A stretch of 64,000 bases of DNA from a virus (taxonomy: Duplodnaviria > Caudoviricetes), in IMG/VR virus record IMGVR_UViG_3300047539_000055; one strand, written 5' to 3'. Shown here piece after piece: positions 8,943-17,703 of the stretch (its first letter is position 1; each line of letters opens with the position of its first letter). The notes beneath the pieces were generated by a model. That model ran no database searches and was not told the origin of the DNA. It saw only the letters and a program-made list of their open reading frames with translations. The position numbers were made by a program, and so were the translations under genes.

Positions 8943-9689
8943 ATGCGTATTTACACCAACAAAACATTCATTCAAAAAGCCAATACCATTCATAATTACA
9001 TATGGTCATACGAAAACATAGAGTATAAAGGCATTCATATTAAACTTTGTATTACTTGTAAAATACACGGTTACTTTTGGCAACAACCAAATGCCCATCT
9101 ACGAGGCCAAGGTTGTCCAATTTGTGGTCACCAAAAGAAAAGTATTAGTAAAACAAATAATACAATGTCATTTATAGCTGCCGCGAAGCTAGTACATAAA
9201 GAACAATATCAATATAAAAACACTATATACATTCATAACAAAAAGAAAATTAAAATCACTTGTAATATACACGGCGATTTTAATCAAACTCCTAATTCAC
9301 ATTTAAGTGGTCAAGGTTGCCCAAAATGTTCATTATCAAAAAATGAGATAAGAATTCGCGAAATTTTGGAAAGCTTACCTTGTAAATATCAAACACAATA
9401 TAAAATTTCAACTTGTTGTGATAAACGACCACTTCCATTTGATTTTGCTATATTTAATAATTTAACTCTAATTGGATTGATTGAATTTCAAGGAAAACAA
9501 CATTATGTTCCGTGTTCTTTTGGCAGTAAACACAAATCAGCAATTGAACTTTTTAATGAATGTAAACTGCGAGATATTATCAAAAAAGAATATTGCATCA
9601 AGACCAATATACCATTATTAGAAATTCCCTATTGGGAAAAATCAAATATACCCAAGTTAATCAAAAAATTTATTCAGTATACAAAATAA
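8943..9689 (+). CDS. Putative homing endonuclease: two 'C..HG.F.Q.P..HL.G.GCP.C' (DUF723-like) repeats + PD-(D/E)XK nuclease
   Basis: Repeats plus 'LPFDF...IEFQGKQH...RD..K..YC....IPLLEI'; antisense to neighbours; TAAATA at 8876-8881. Start reassigned to ATG 8943. Confidence 0.8.
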   Translation: MRIYTNKTFIQKANTIHNYIWSYENIEYKGIHIKLCITCKIHGYFWQQPNAHLRGQGCPICGHQKKSISKTNNTMSFIAAAKLVHKEQYQYKNTIYIHNKKKIKITCNIHGDFNQTPNSHLSGQGCPKCSLSKNEIRIREILESLPCKYQTQYKISTCCDKRPLPFDFAIFNNLTLIGLIEFQGKQHYVPCSFGSKHKSAIELFNECKLRDIIKKEYCIKTNIPLLEIPYWEKSNIPKLIKKFIQYTK

Positions 9690-9697
9690 TATATCAA

Positions 9698-9916
9698 TCA
9701 TGTTTTGTATCCTTTGCTTAAAAAATATAGAGTCAAATCTTCTTCAGAAATTCTTACATATTGACGGGGAGCTACTGAGTATTCTACGGTACGACCTAAT
9801 TCAACCACTTGCATTTTTGCCAATTCATCAACTGCTGTCACCTTATAAAGACAGTATCCCGATCCACCAAAAACATAATCTCCGACATTTATTTGATTTC
9901 CTAAATAATCCTGCAT
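9698..9916 (-). CDS. Hypothetical protein
   Basis: 'MQDYLGNQINVGDYV' is a typical small phage protein start; TTTACA-17-TAGTAT promoter 6 nt upstream. Confidence 0.7.
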   Translation of the reverse strand: MQDYLGNQINVGDYVFGGSGYCLYKVTAVDELAKMQVVELGRTVEYSVAPRQYVRISEEDLTLYFLSKGYKT

Positions 9917-9963
9917 ATTTCTATACTATCACAGTAATATGATAATGTAAATAAATTTTATGG

Positions 9964-10464
9964 TTACTTGCCCCAACCATAAGCTACTCCAATAATTGGT
10001 TGATATCCAGACCCACCTGACACTGATGATTTTACAAATCGTACTGTTGGAACGAGATATGAACCAGCCTTCAAATGAACTGTTACTGCTACTCCACCAG
10101 TCCATTGCCATCCAGTATTTGCTCCAGACCAACTTATACCAGCAGCAGTTGGCATAAATATATTCACTTTTCCAACTGAAAACATTTTTTGTGCAAGACC
10201 CATCCCGATATTACTAGTCACCGAAAATGGTTTTATTGTATTTGGCAAAACATCAATTACAGCAAAAGTATATGTTCCTGGACTAACAATATAATGAGCA
10301 TACATAGCTGTACCTGCAATACTTGGCTGTCCATTTATATTATATGAAACTCCCGCTGCATATAAATTGATTATTGGAGGCGTAGGTGGAGTTGGAGTTT
10401 GTGCCATAACAGTGTTACAGAACATGACACATAAAATGAGTGCAAAAACAATTTTTAATTTCAT
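9964..10464 (-). CDS. Secreted beta-rich protein, possibly a small outer-membrane beta-barrel
   Basis: Sec signal peptide (MKLK-hydrophobic-VMA|Q), amphipathic strands, aromatic C-terminus (GVAYGW). Confidence 0.55.
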   Translation of the reverse strand: MKLKIVFALILCVMFCNTVMAQTPTPPTPPIINLYAAGVSYNINGQPSIAGTAMYAHYIVSPGTYTFAVIDVLPNTIKPFSVTSNIGMGLAQKMFSVGKVNIFMPTAAGISWSGANTGWQWTGGVAVTVHLKAGSYLVPTVRFVKSSVSGGSGYQPIIGVAYGWGK

Positions 10465-10476
10465 AAAATATCCTTT

Positions 10477-13137
10477 TTAGACCTCTGCGAAGAAGTCATC
10501 AAATGTGTTTACCTTTCGTGTTGAACTTGAAATGGATTTCCAATTTTTTAGCTTACCAAATAGATTTTCAATCTTCTTGTCTACAACAGCCGCCATCATA
10601 CTTTCGTTGTCAAATGGCAAACTCTTAAACCAGTTTGGAAGATAAATTTCATCAATTGGATATGCTATAGAAGTCATATTCATTGTGTTGGCTTTGAGTG
10701 GACAGATAACGCACTTCATACCGTCCACTATACGAGTATGAACTTTATCGTGATTGATTTCACGAAGAACATTCCAATTAATTGCCGCCCGAACATGACC
10801 TGGTACACGATTGCCTTTACCCTTGGCAATCATCTCTGTATAATTTGTAATCTTGTTTACTCGCTTAGGAGTGCCTTGCTCTGGCAACGGCAACTCACTA
10901 AATGTTTTCTTGAAATCATTGATCATAGTGACAATGGTTTTTTCTGTGCCATTCGTCAGTAATTCCATCAAAATTGATTTGAGAAATTTCTGACATACAA
11001 CTGGAGTGTCGGCTCGTCTTAAATCCAAACCCATTGCCTTGAGTTTTGGTTCCTTGAGATACTTTACATCATCTTTCCAATAATTTAGAATTGCATATCT
11101 TTTCTTAGTAATGTATAACGCTTTCGTTCCAACACTTTCACATGAACCACGAATCAGACTGCCAAAATTTTCTGGGCAGTTGAAATTCTTTTTCATAAAT
11201 TCTGGAAATGATTCATTGACTTTATCACCAATTGCAGTATACAATGCCACAGCCGTTTCCTTATTCCATTCGGTTTCTTTGGCTTCAACAAGTGGTTTCA
11301 TCATCGGCCAAGCAGAAAATTGACTTGAATCTGTATCAATGGCAATAATAGCATCACCTTCAATTTCATACTTTCCTGTAATACACTCATTGACAGATGA
11401 ATTCATATGCTTACAAATAAGTTTCCCAGTCAACGTAATGGATTGTCCAACTCTTTTATCGTTGAATCTTGAGGCTGGGTTCGTCAGCGCTCCGTATCCA
11501 GAATTTTGCAAAATCTTTTGAACTTGCTGTCTCTGATCGTAAAACTTTCTCAGTTCTACATCAGTTGTTTCACCAAGTTTTTTCTGATATTCTTTTCTAA
11601 CTCTATACCATTCTGCAAATACACTTGGAACCAACGCATCACGACCATAAGTAAAAATTGTGCCATTACCACTTATCATCCATGGTTGACCACTTTCAAA
11701 AATCAATTCATAGCATTGACTTGCTGTAAGTGTGTCGCTCTTACCAGAAGTTTCCCAATCAATAACTAAATCAATACCTTCGCGACGATCCATTACTGCC
11801 TGATATTCAATGGAACCAAACACACCTTCCCAAGCTTGAGCAAAAGTATTTCCACTGGCTATCTTTTCAGAAATAAATTGATCTGTCAATTCTGGACGTA
11901 ATTGACCAACGATTGTTTCCACTCCCATATTCAAAGCACGAAGAGAACTTGGATACAGGCCGTTGATATCAATTACTCCAACCCAATCATGAATACCAGC
12001 TTTTGGTTGAGCAACGTGGGCACCAGCGATTCCATCTTCAGAATCCGCACCATAATTCTTGCTTTTATTTGGAACGATCAAACCTAAATCATGCGCTCTA
12101 TTGATTACTGCTTGATCAAATACCGCAACTGTGCCGAGACAATTGGGCAACAGAGTGGTTGTATTATGAGCGATTTCATTCATCAAAGAGAGAAGTTTGA
12201 GTTTGTCTTCCAACAAATGTAAAAGCGTTACATCTTGTCTGCTATACTCCAAAAACTTTTCAAAATCTTCATTGTATAATTTGTCTAAACTTCCGGCGTA
12301 AGGTGTTTTACTTTGCTTCAATTCATATTCCGCAATTGAATTCAAAGCATAACTATGTCGTTCTTCATATGTAAATTTTCTATAAGCATCCATCAAATCA
12401 ATATGAGTGCGCCCAATTAGTTCATAAGTTTTGAAAACTTTTCCATACTTTTCAACTTCTTTTTCTTTTGGCTTCTCACCCCATAAGCAAAGTTTACGAG
12501 TGTCATCTTTACTCATAATACGAGCGATACGATTTACCAAATATGGAATATCAAATCCTTCGCTGTTCCATCCAGAAACAACATCAACATCTTCAAGTAA
12601 ATCCAAGGTTGTGCTAATCAATTCCACTTCGTTATCAAATACCATCGTATTTTCAAACTTTGCGGCTATTGTATTTGCTTTCTCCATAGTAAGCGTGTGG
12701 GGGCGCAGAGACAGAGTGATCAATTCTTGTGTCCATTGATGATAAATTGTAATTGCAGTAATTGATGAAAATGGATCGTCAATGGGAGCGTAGCCTTTAT
12801 CAGTATTGAAATCAACTTCAATATCAAAAAATGCTATATGTAATTCAGGCGGTTCTTGGTGACGATAATACTGTGCCAAACATTTGAAAACAGGATTCAA
12901 ATCTGATTCCCATATTCGTTTGTTGTTGACACTGTTTAGCTCTTTATGAAACTCGGCTGTTGATCTTGGTTCAATTTTAGAGACAGGAGTATTATAGATT
13001 GAATAGTATTTTCCATTCGCATCATCAATGTAAAATGAGTGATCAATGGGAAAACTGTTATATACCCTTTTACCATTTACTCTTTCAACTACATCAATTT
13101 TTTCGGTTTTTTTATTACTCCGCGCAGAAGTGTACAT
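10477..13137 (-). CDS. Family B DNA polymerase (gp43-like)
   Basis: Exonuclease motifs FDIE, GWNSEGFD, Y..QD; polymerase motifs DINGLYPS, KILQNSGYG, DTDS, KKRY. Confidence 0.97.
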   Translation of the reverse strand: MYTSARSNKKTEKIDVVERVNGKRVYNSFPIDHSFYIDDANGKYYSIYNTPVSKIEPRSTAEFHKELNSVNNKRIWESDLNPVFKCLAQYYRHQEPPELHIAFFDIEVDFNTDKGYAPIDDPFSSITAITIYHQWTQELITLSLRPHTLTMEKANTIAAKFENTMVFDNEVELISTTLDLLEDVDVVSGWNSEGFDIPYLVNRIARIMSKDDTRKLCLWGEKPKEKEVEKYGKVFKTYELIGRTHIDLMDAYRKFTYEERHSYALNSIAEYELKQSKTPYAGSLDKLYNEDFEKFLEYSRQDVTLLHLLEDKLKLLSLMNEIAHNTTTLLPNCLGTVAVFDQAVINRAHDLGLIVPNKSKNYGADSEDGIAGAHVAQPKAGIHDWVGVIDINGLYPSSLRALNMGVETIVGQLRPELTDQFISEKIASGNTFAQAWEGVFGSIEYQAVMDRREGIDLVIDWETSGKSDTLTASQCYELIFESGQPWMISGNGTIFTYGRDALVPSVFAEWYRVRKEYQKKLGETTDVELRKFYDQRQQVQKILQNSGYGALTNPASRFNDKRVGQSITLTGKLICKHMNSSVNECITGKYEIEGDAIIAIDTDSSQFSAWPMMKPLVEAKETEWNKETAVALYTAIGDKVNESFPEFMKKNFNCPENFGSLIRGSCESVGTKALYITKKRYAILNYWKDDVKYLKEPKLKAMGLDLRRADTPVVCQKFLKSILMELLTNGTEKTIVTMINDFKKTFSELPLPEQGTPKRVNKITNYTEMIAKGKGNRVPGHVRAAINWNVLREINHDKVHTRIVDGMKCVICPLKANTMNMTSIAYPIDEIYLPNWFKSLPFDNESMMAAVVDKKIENLFGKLKNWKSISSSTRKVNTFDDFFAEV

Positions 13138-13144
13138 CTATATC

Positions 13145-13303
13145 CTATGATATCCTAATCAAACCAATCCAATTCACAATGCTACTTGCATTGTAAATGA
13201 TTCCCAGTGCTATTTTACAAAATAAATATCCACACAAAGCACCGATGGGTGCAGCAATACCAAGATAACCAATTAGATTATCTTTGATTGGTGGGAAAAT
13301 CAC
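13145..13303 (-). CDS. Small membrane protein, 52 aa
   Basis: GTG start overlaps the upstream stop (GTGA); hydrophobic sequence LIGYLGIAAPIGALCGYLF...; fills the intergenic gap. Confidence 0.5.
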   Translation of the reverse strand: MIFPPIKDNLIGYLGIAAPIGALCGYLFCKIALGIIYNASSIVNWIGLIRIS

Positions 13304-13560
13304 TTACGTCCAACAGCTTTTAGAATCTGTTCCAAATCACCCAATTCTGATTCGAGTTCAGAAAAATTTCCTTTGGCTGCGGTATTGATTGCTTTTTTGA
13401 GTAGACCTGCGGGGATTTGAAGTTCCTCTGAAATAGCTTTCACCGTATCGTTCATTCCTTCGGTCAGTGAAGTAATTTCTTCTTTGGTTTTTACACCATC
13501 ATAAATCAAATCTTTTAGTCTGGTAATTTCGGCTGGTCCTAATTTAGTTTGTAGTGCCAT
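13300..13560 (-). CDS. dsDNA-binding protein (T4 DsbA/GapR-like)
   Basis: Helical 86-aa protein 'EEI..L.E...D..KA..EEL.I....LKKAI'; TTGACA-17-TAAACT promoter at 13583-13611. Confidence 0.7.
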   Translation of the reverse strand: MALQTKLGPAEITRLKDLIYDGVKTKEEITSLTEGMNDTVKAISEELQIPAGLLKKAINTAAKGNFSELESELGDLEQILKAVGRK

Positions 13561-13629
13561 AATATATTTCTCCTCAATTCTTAGTTTACTATTTTATTTT
13601 TCAATTGTCAATCATTAAAATTTCTCTAA

Positions 13630-14190
13630 TCAAATTATTTCTTTTATTGGTTGCTTATACGGTCTTCGTTTCATATATTCTATTGCATTAATACTTGCTT
13701 CTTCGGGAAATTTATCAAGTGATGCGAGCAATATATTGTGATCGTAACATATCTCTCCCCGATAATTATTTGGATTAATTTTCTGTCCATCATGATAGTG
13801 ATCTGAGTTAAGGCTATTTGATTGAATCAAGCAATTAGGAAATTGACAAATCTTTATTGATCCTATTTCTTTGAGTTGATTTATTGTAAAACTTCCTTTT
13901 AGAAAATGTCTAGTTGAAAACCCACATTCCTTACACTTAGATTTTATTCTTCTATGTTCACACATCTGAGAACCACCGCATTCTTTACAATAACTTTTTA
14001 TTCTTTTATGTTCACATATAGATTTACCGCCGCATTCCTTACAATAATTTTTTTGTCTTCCGTGTTCACATATCTGAGAACCACCACACTCTTTACAACT
14101 GGATTTTCGTCTTCCATGTTCACATATCTGAGAACCACCGCATTCTTTACATTGGGATTTTAGTCTTTCATGTTTACATTTTTTATTCAT
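13630..14190 (-). CDS. Zn-finger repeat (CEH..K..CKECGG x5) + EndoVII-like His-Me nuclease, putative homing endonuclease
   Basis: 18-aa (54-bp) repeats; C-terminal 'C....C.....L.SDHYH......RGEIC..HN'; SD GAGG before ATG 14190. Confidence 0.75.
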   Translation of the reverse strand: MNKKCKHERLKSQCKECGGSQICEHGRRKSSCKECGGSQICEHGRQKNYCKECGGKSICEHKRIKSYCKECGGSQMCEHRRIKSKCKECGFSTRHFLKGSFTINQLKEIGSIKICQFPNCLIQSNSLNSDHYHDGQKINPNNYRGEICYDHNILLASLDKFPEEASINAIEYMKRRPYKQPIKEII

Positions 14191-14212
14191 ATAATACCTC
14201 ATAAAATAATTT

Positions 14213-14246
14213 GGGCTACCCGCTCCGTTAGGAAGTAAGGTAGCCC
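14213..14246. terminator. Hairpin, probable terminator or leader structure
   Basis: GGGCTACC/GGTAGCCC stem flanked by T-runs. Confidence 0.5.
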
Positions 14247-14276
14247 TTTTCTAATTTACGGCAATTACAATTAATT

Positions 14277-14624
14277 TCAATAGTAACGAAGCCAATTTGA
14301 TGCCTTATACTCTGCACCAAGACCAACCAAAATCCGATTATAAATTTCCTTCTTTTCCATCTGATGGTCATAATCACGATCACCGAGATGAAAATTGTTC
14401 CACTGATTCATCTGAGCATTTGTAATAATATCGTCACGCAAACTCTCAGTAGAGTAATAATTAATGAATCCGTAGCGATTATAGTGTGCAATAAAACCAC
14501 ACGACAAATAAAGGAAATGGTAGCCAATGTTATTCAGCTTGTTAATGTCTGTTACAGCGGCGAGAACATTGTTGACGATTAGAGTCTTTTGTCTCTCAGT
14601 CAATAGCGTATACGGCTTATTCAT
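14277..14624 (-). CDS. Hypothetical early protein
   Basis: Start reassigned to ATG 14624 (SD AAAGGG); promoter TTGACT-17-TATACT at 14654-14682. Confidence 0.7.
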   Translation of the reverse strand: MNKPYTLLTERQKTLIVNNVLAAVTDINKLNNIGYHFLYLSCGFIAHYNRYGFINYYSTESLRDDIITNAQMNQWNNFHLGDRDYDHQMEKKEIYNRILVGLGAEYKASNWLRYY

Positions 14625-14704
14625 TCGTTTACCCTTTCTCTGACTACAAGATAAGTATATCACTTTGGTTGGCAAAAGTCAAGAACTTTCTAAGTCCTTT
14701 ATTT

Positions 14705-15556
14705 TCAATCGTCTGCATCTCGCTCTTGTTTCATATCGGCGGCGGTCCATAATGGCACTTTTCCTAGCAATGTCAAATGGTCAGATTTGAACCACGCAGT
14801 GCTTTCGCAATCATAACCATAGGTAAAATCTGAAAATCCATCGTATGAAGAACGACCAAAATTATAATGATGAACGCAATCAAAATGACGAGCGATATGT
14901 TGCCACGGAAAATCTTTCTGTAACAAATAACCAGAATCAAATCCTATCTCCCTTATCCTTTTCCATTCTTCGGGATCAGCATACGCCGTATTTTCCCTTC
15001 CAAGAGTAGCAAACATTTCATACATACATTTGGCATCATTTGTGGAATCAATTTCACATACTGTAGTGCCTGGCTTTACATCATAAAGATAGCCAAGTTG
15101 TCCTTGACCTTTCATTTTATCTGGTAATCCTCCCTCTTGAACAAAATCATTCCAAGAACTTGTCCATTTTCCATTTGATTTTTCTTTTGCTGTGCTTGTC
15201 CATAAGGCAGAATTAGTAGGTTTTTGTCCACCGACATTTGGAGTAGTGTTAACCAAAATTGGAGCGCCTTCAAACATAATACTTTCGTTGGCTAAATCAA
15301 TCATTCGTTGATATTCTGGTTTAAGATTTCCTTCATCGTCATACGCATATTGAGCGCGGTTTTGAAAAATATAATCAGAAAATTCTTTTTTAGTGTGATA
15401 ACTTTCTACTTTTCTTGGAACAAAAAGTTGCTTCGTTCCATTTGGCATTTTTGTCATCCCTTGCTCTTTATAATATTCAAGCATCTCTCGTTCGCGTTCC
15501 ACAGGATCATATGGAGCCACAACTTTCTTTCGTCTTGTCAATTCTGTAAGTCTCAT
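14705..15556 (-). CDS. Putative internal head protein of unknown function
   Basis: MRLTEL leader; internal IMFE|G linker before a 'KP...LWTS...W...YDCEST' domain. Confidence 0.6.
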   Translation of the reverse strand: MRLTELTRRKKVVAPYDPVEREREMLEYYKEQGMTKMPNGTKQLFVPRKVESYHTKKEFSDYIFQNRAQYAYDDEGNLKPEYQRMIDLANESIMFEGAPILVNTTPNVGGQKPTNSALWTSTAKEKSNGKWTSSWNDFVQEGGLPDKMKGQGQLGYLYDVKPGTTVCEIDSTNDAKCMYEMFATLGRENTAYADPEEWKRIREIGFDSGYLLQKDFPWQHIARHFDCVHHYNFGRSSYDGFSDFTYGYDCESTAWFKSDHLTLLGKVPLWTAADMKQERDADD

Positions 15557-16899
15557 AATTCTACGCTATTAACTCTATGTACTTTCTTGTGACAGGGTTC
15601 ACAAAGAGTAAGTCCATTATCAATATCAAATCTAAGTTCTGGATATTTAGCAAATTCTTTAATATGATGAGCATGGAGGAATCCAGTTGCTTTACAATCC
15701 ATACATTTATATTCATCCCGCTTAAAAACAGATTTTCTCCAATTTTGATATTCTTCACTTTTTCTTATAAGAGCATTGGCACTTGCTTTAAAGCCATCCC
15801 ATTCACTTTCTGTAATTCCTTGTAAAGTACAACTTATCTTTTTACGAGTTGCTTCTCGTTTTGTTTGTTCTCCTGGCAAATAACAACTTTCCAATCCTAA
15901 TTTAATTGCCTTCAGTCTAATGGCATCATGTGTTTTCCCCAATATTTCTGATATCTCTTTAAAAGTTTTGGTTTCTGATAATTCGATAAGATTTTCTATT
16001 TCACTATTTGTCCAAATACGATCTCTTCTTTTAATATTTCTATATCGCATTGATCTTATAATATTTGCGCCTGTGCAACCAAGTTCTTTTCCAATCTGTT
16101 CTGATCCTTTCTTTTTCCCCCAATATTCACAATATAACCATGATCTATTACTAATTGGTTTTTCATCTTCTTTTAAACTTTGACCAGCCATAAGAACTTG
16201 TTCTAAAATATTCTTTCCAACAGACTGACCAATTGATTCGTGTAAAATCATCGCATTATTTTGTATACAGTGACCGCCGATTCCACCAGGATAATCTTTC
16301 AACACCGGCCGTTGAACATTTTTCATACCAAGAGATGCATATCCAGAATTATAGCTTTTATTTGCTTGCGTGTAAACCAAATCAAAATCTAAACCAAGTT
16401 GATCACAATACGCTTTGACCGCTTTTTCAAAAACTATATTCCAACCATAATAAGTGGTATCCCACAACTTCATCGCTTCTGTGGTTTCTGATTTTGGAGT
16501 GGTTACACAATCAATACCAAGCTTTCTAAAAACAACAGCCGCTTCTTCTGCTCTTGCTCCACCAAAATATTTGGTGAAGGTATAAATTCCACTAACCAAA
16601 TGTGGATGAACTCCACGAATCGGAGAATGCACAGCATTGAAATAAGATGAAGTGCTAACATCCACAGTGGAATGGATAATTACCAATCCATCCTTGGTAA
16701 GATATTTATCAAGATATTTTTGAACTGCGTCTACAAATTCATCATTGAAAGGAATACAGATATGAATAATGCTGAATTTAGCTGATATTGGTAATACCCC
16801 AATATCCAGCCCTTCAACTTTTAGAAATTGTCCTTCGGATAGCACAGTTATTAATGCCTTACCAACTTGACCTTTACTACCAATTACGAGATGGCTCAT
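15553..16899 (-). CDS. Nucleotide-sugar (UDP-glucose/GDP-mannose type) dehydrogenase-like domain fused to HTH + HNH endonuclease
   Basis: GxxGxVG Rossmann fold, IHST, HSP, E..KL..T, GGIGGHC catalytic motif; C-terminal WRKSVFKRDEYKC..C....LHAHH.........R.DIDNGLTLC..CH. Confidence 0.85.
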   Translation of the reverse strand: MSHLVIGSKGQVGKALITVLSEGQFLKVEGLDIGVLPISAKFSIIHICIPFNDEFVDAVQKYLDKYLTKDGLVIIHSTVDVSTSSYFNAVHSPIRGVHPHLVSGIYTFTKYFGGARAEEAAVVFRKLGIDCVTTPKSETTEAMKLWDTTYYGWNIVFEKAVKAYCDQLGLDFDLVYTQANKSYNSGYASLGMKNVQRPVLKDYPGGIGGHCIQNNAMILHESIGQSVGKNILEQVLMAGQSLKEDEKPISNRSWLYCEYWGKKKGSEQIGKELGCTGANIIRSMRYRNIKRRDRIWTNSEIENLIELSETKTFKEISEILGKTHDAIRLKAIKLGLESCYLPGEQTKREATRKKISCTLQGITESEWDGFKASANALIRKSEEYQNWRKSVFKRDEYKCMDCKATGFLHAHHIKEFAKYPELRFDIDNGLTLCEPCHKKVHRVNSVEL

Positions 16900-16908
16900 A
16901 TAATATCC

Positions 16909-17703
16909 TTATACAAATTTGCTAAATGCTTCTTGTAATGCAGAAGTTAGTCCACCATCCTTTTCACATGGTAATGAACAAAATTGTTGATCTACACTAT
17001 GTACATTTTTGAAAGTATTCTGACAAGATGGACACACTTTTTTAGTGGCGTGACTTGCATTTTGAAATTCCTTATATGATAGCACCTTTCTTGTCTTTTC
17101 ATTTTTTGACTCACGCCAAAACGCCATAGCTGGACTATAGGAACGAACGGGTTCTGGTTCTGCCATTGTTGCCCAATTTTGTATTTCTTCTTTTACTTCA
17201 TCTTTTTTTCCCTCCCAACTTGGATATAATGGTGGAACTGAATATTCCACAGTAAACCAATCACCGGGGGTTCTAATTTCCAATGCGGCAAAAACTCTTT
17301 GTAAAGTTGCTTCATCCTTATTAGCAAATTCAATTACTGTATGAGCATATCCAACTGTTCCTGCAAAACGAACTCTAACAGTTCCACTTAAAAGACTAGG
17401 ATCATCATGCATTCGTGCAACTACATCACGCAACTCATAATGCATTCTACCAACATAAACATGATTTTTGGGAGTAATCAAAGCGGCAGGGTGATCTATG
17501 TTAACTTTTTTAAGTTTTGCAAATTGGTTACGTGTGGCTTCATCCAAAACTTCTCTATCGCCAATTTCTGGCGTAATGCCACAGCCAAAAAATTTCTTAC
17601 TCAGAGTTCCTTTCTTTGGATTCCCACCAAGCACAGGGCCGACAGATGCAACTTTATCAGTTGCTCTTAGTGTTCCAGGTTTAGATGACTTTTTCTTTTT
17701 CAT
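16909..17703 (-). CDS. Putative head-associated protein with C-terminal Zn finger
   Basis: Basic N-terminus, VLDE|A linker, CPSC...FCSLPC. Confidence 0.6.
   Translation of the reverse strand: MKKKKSSKPGTLRATDKVASVGPVLGGNPKKGTLSKKFFGCGITPEIGDREVLDEATRNQFAKLKKVNIDHPAALITPKNHVYVGRMHYELRDVVARMHDDPSLLSGTVRVRFAGTVGYAHTVIEFANKDEATLQRVFAALEIRTPGDWFTVEYSVPPLYPSWEGKKDEVKEEIQNWATMAEPEPVRSYSPAMAFWRESKNEKTRKVLSYKEFQNASHATKKVCPSCQNTFKNVHSVDQQFCSLPCEKDGGLTSALQEAFSKFV

Noticed and set aside
13950-14170. 54-bp periodic repeats (TGTTCACATATCTGAGAACCACC...) resembling a CRISPR array
   Set aside because: They are in-frame codons of the Zn-finger repeats, the 'spacers' are homologous to each other, and there are no cas genes.
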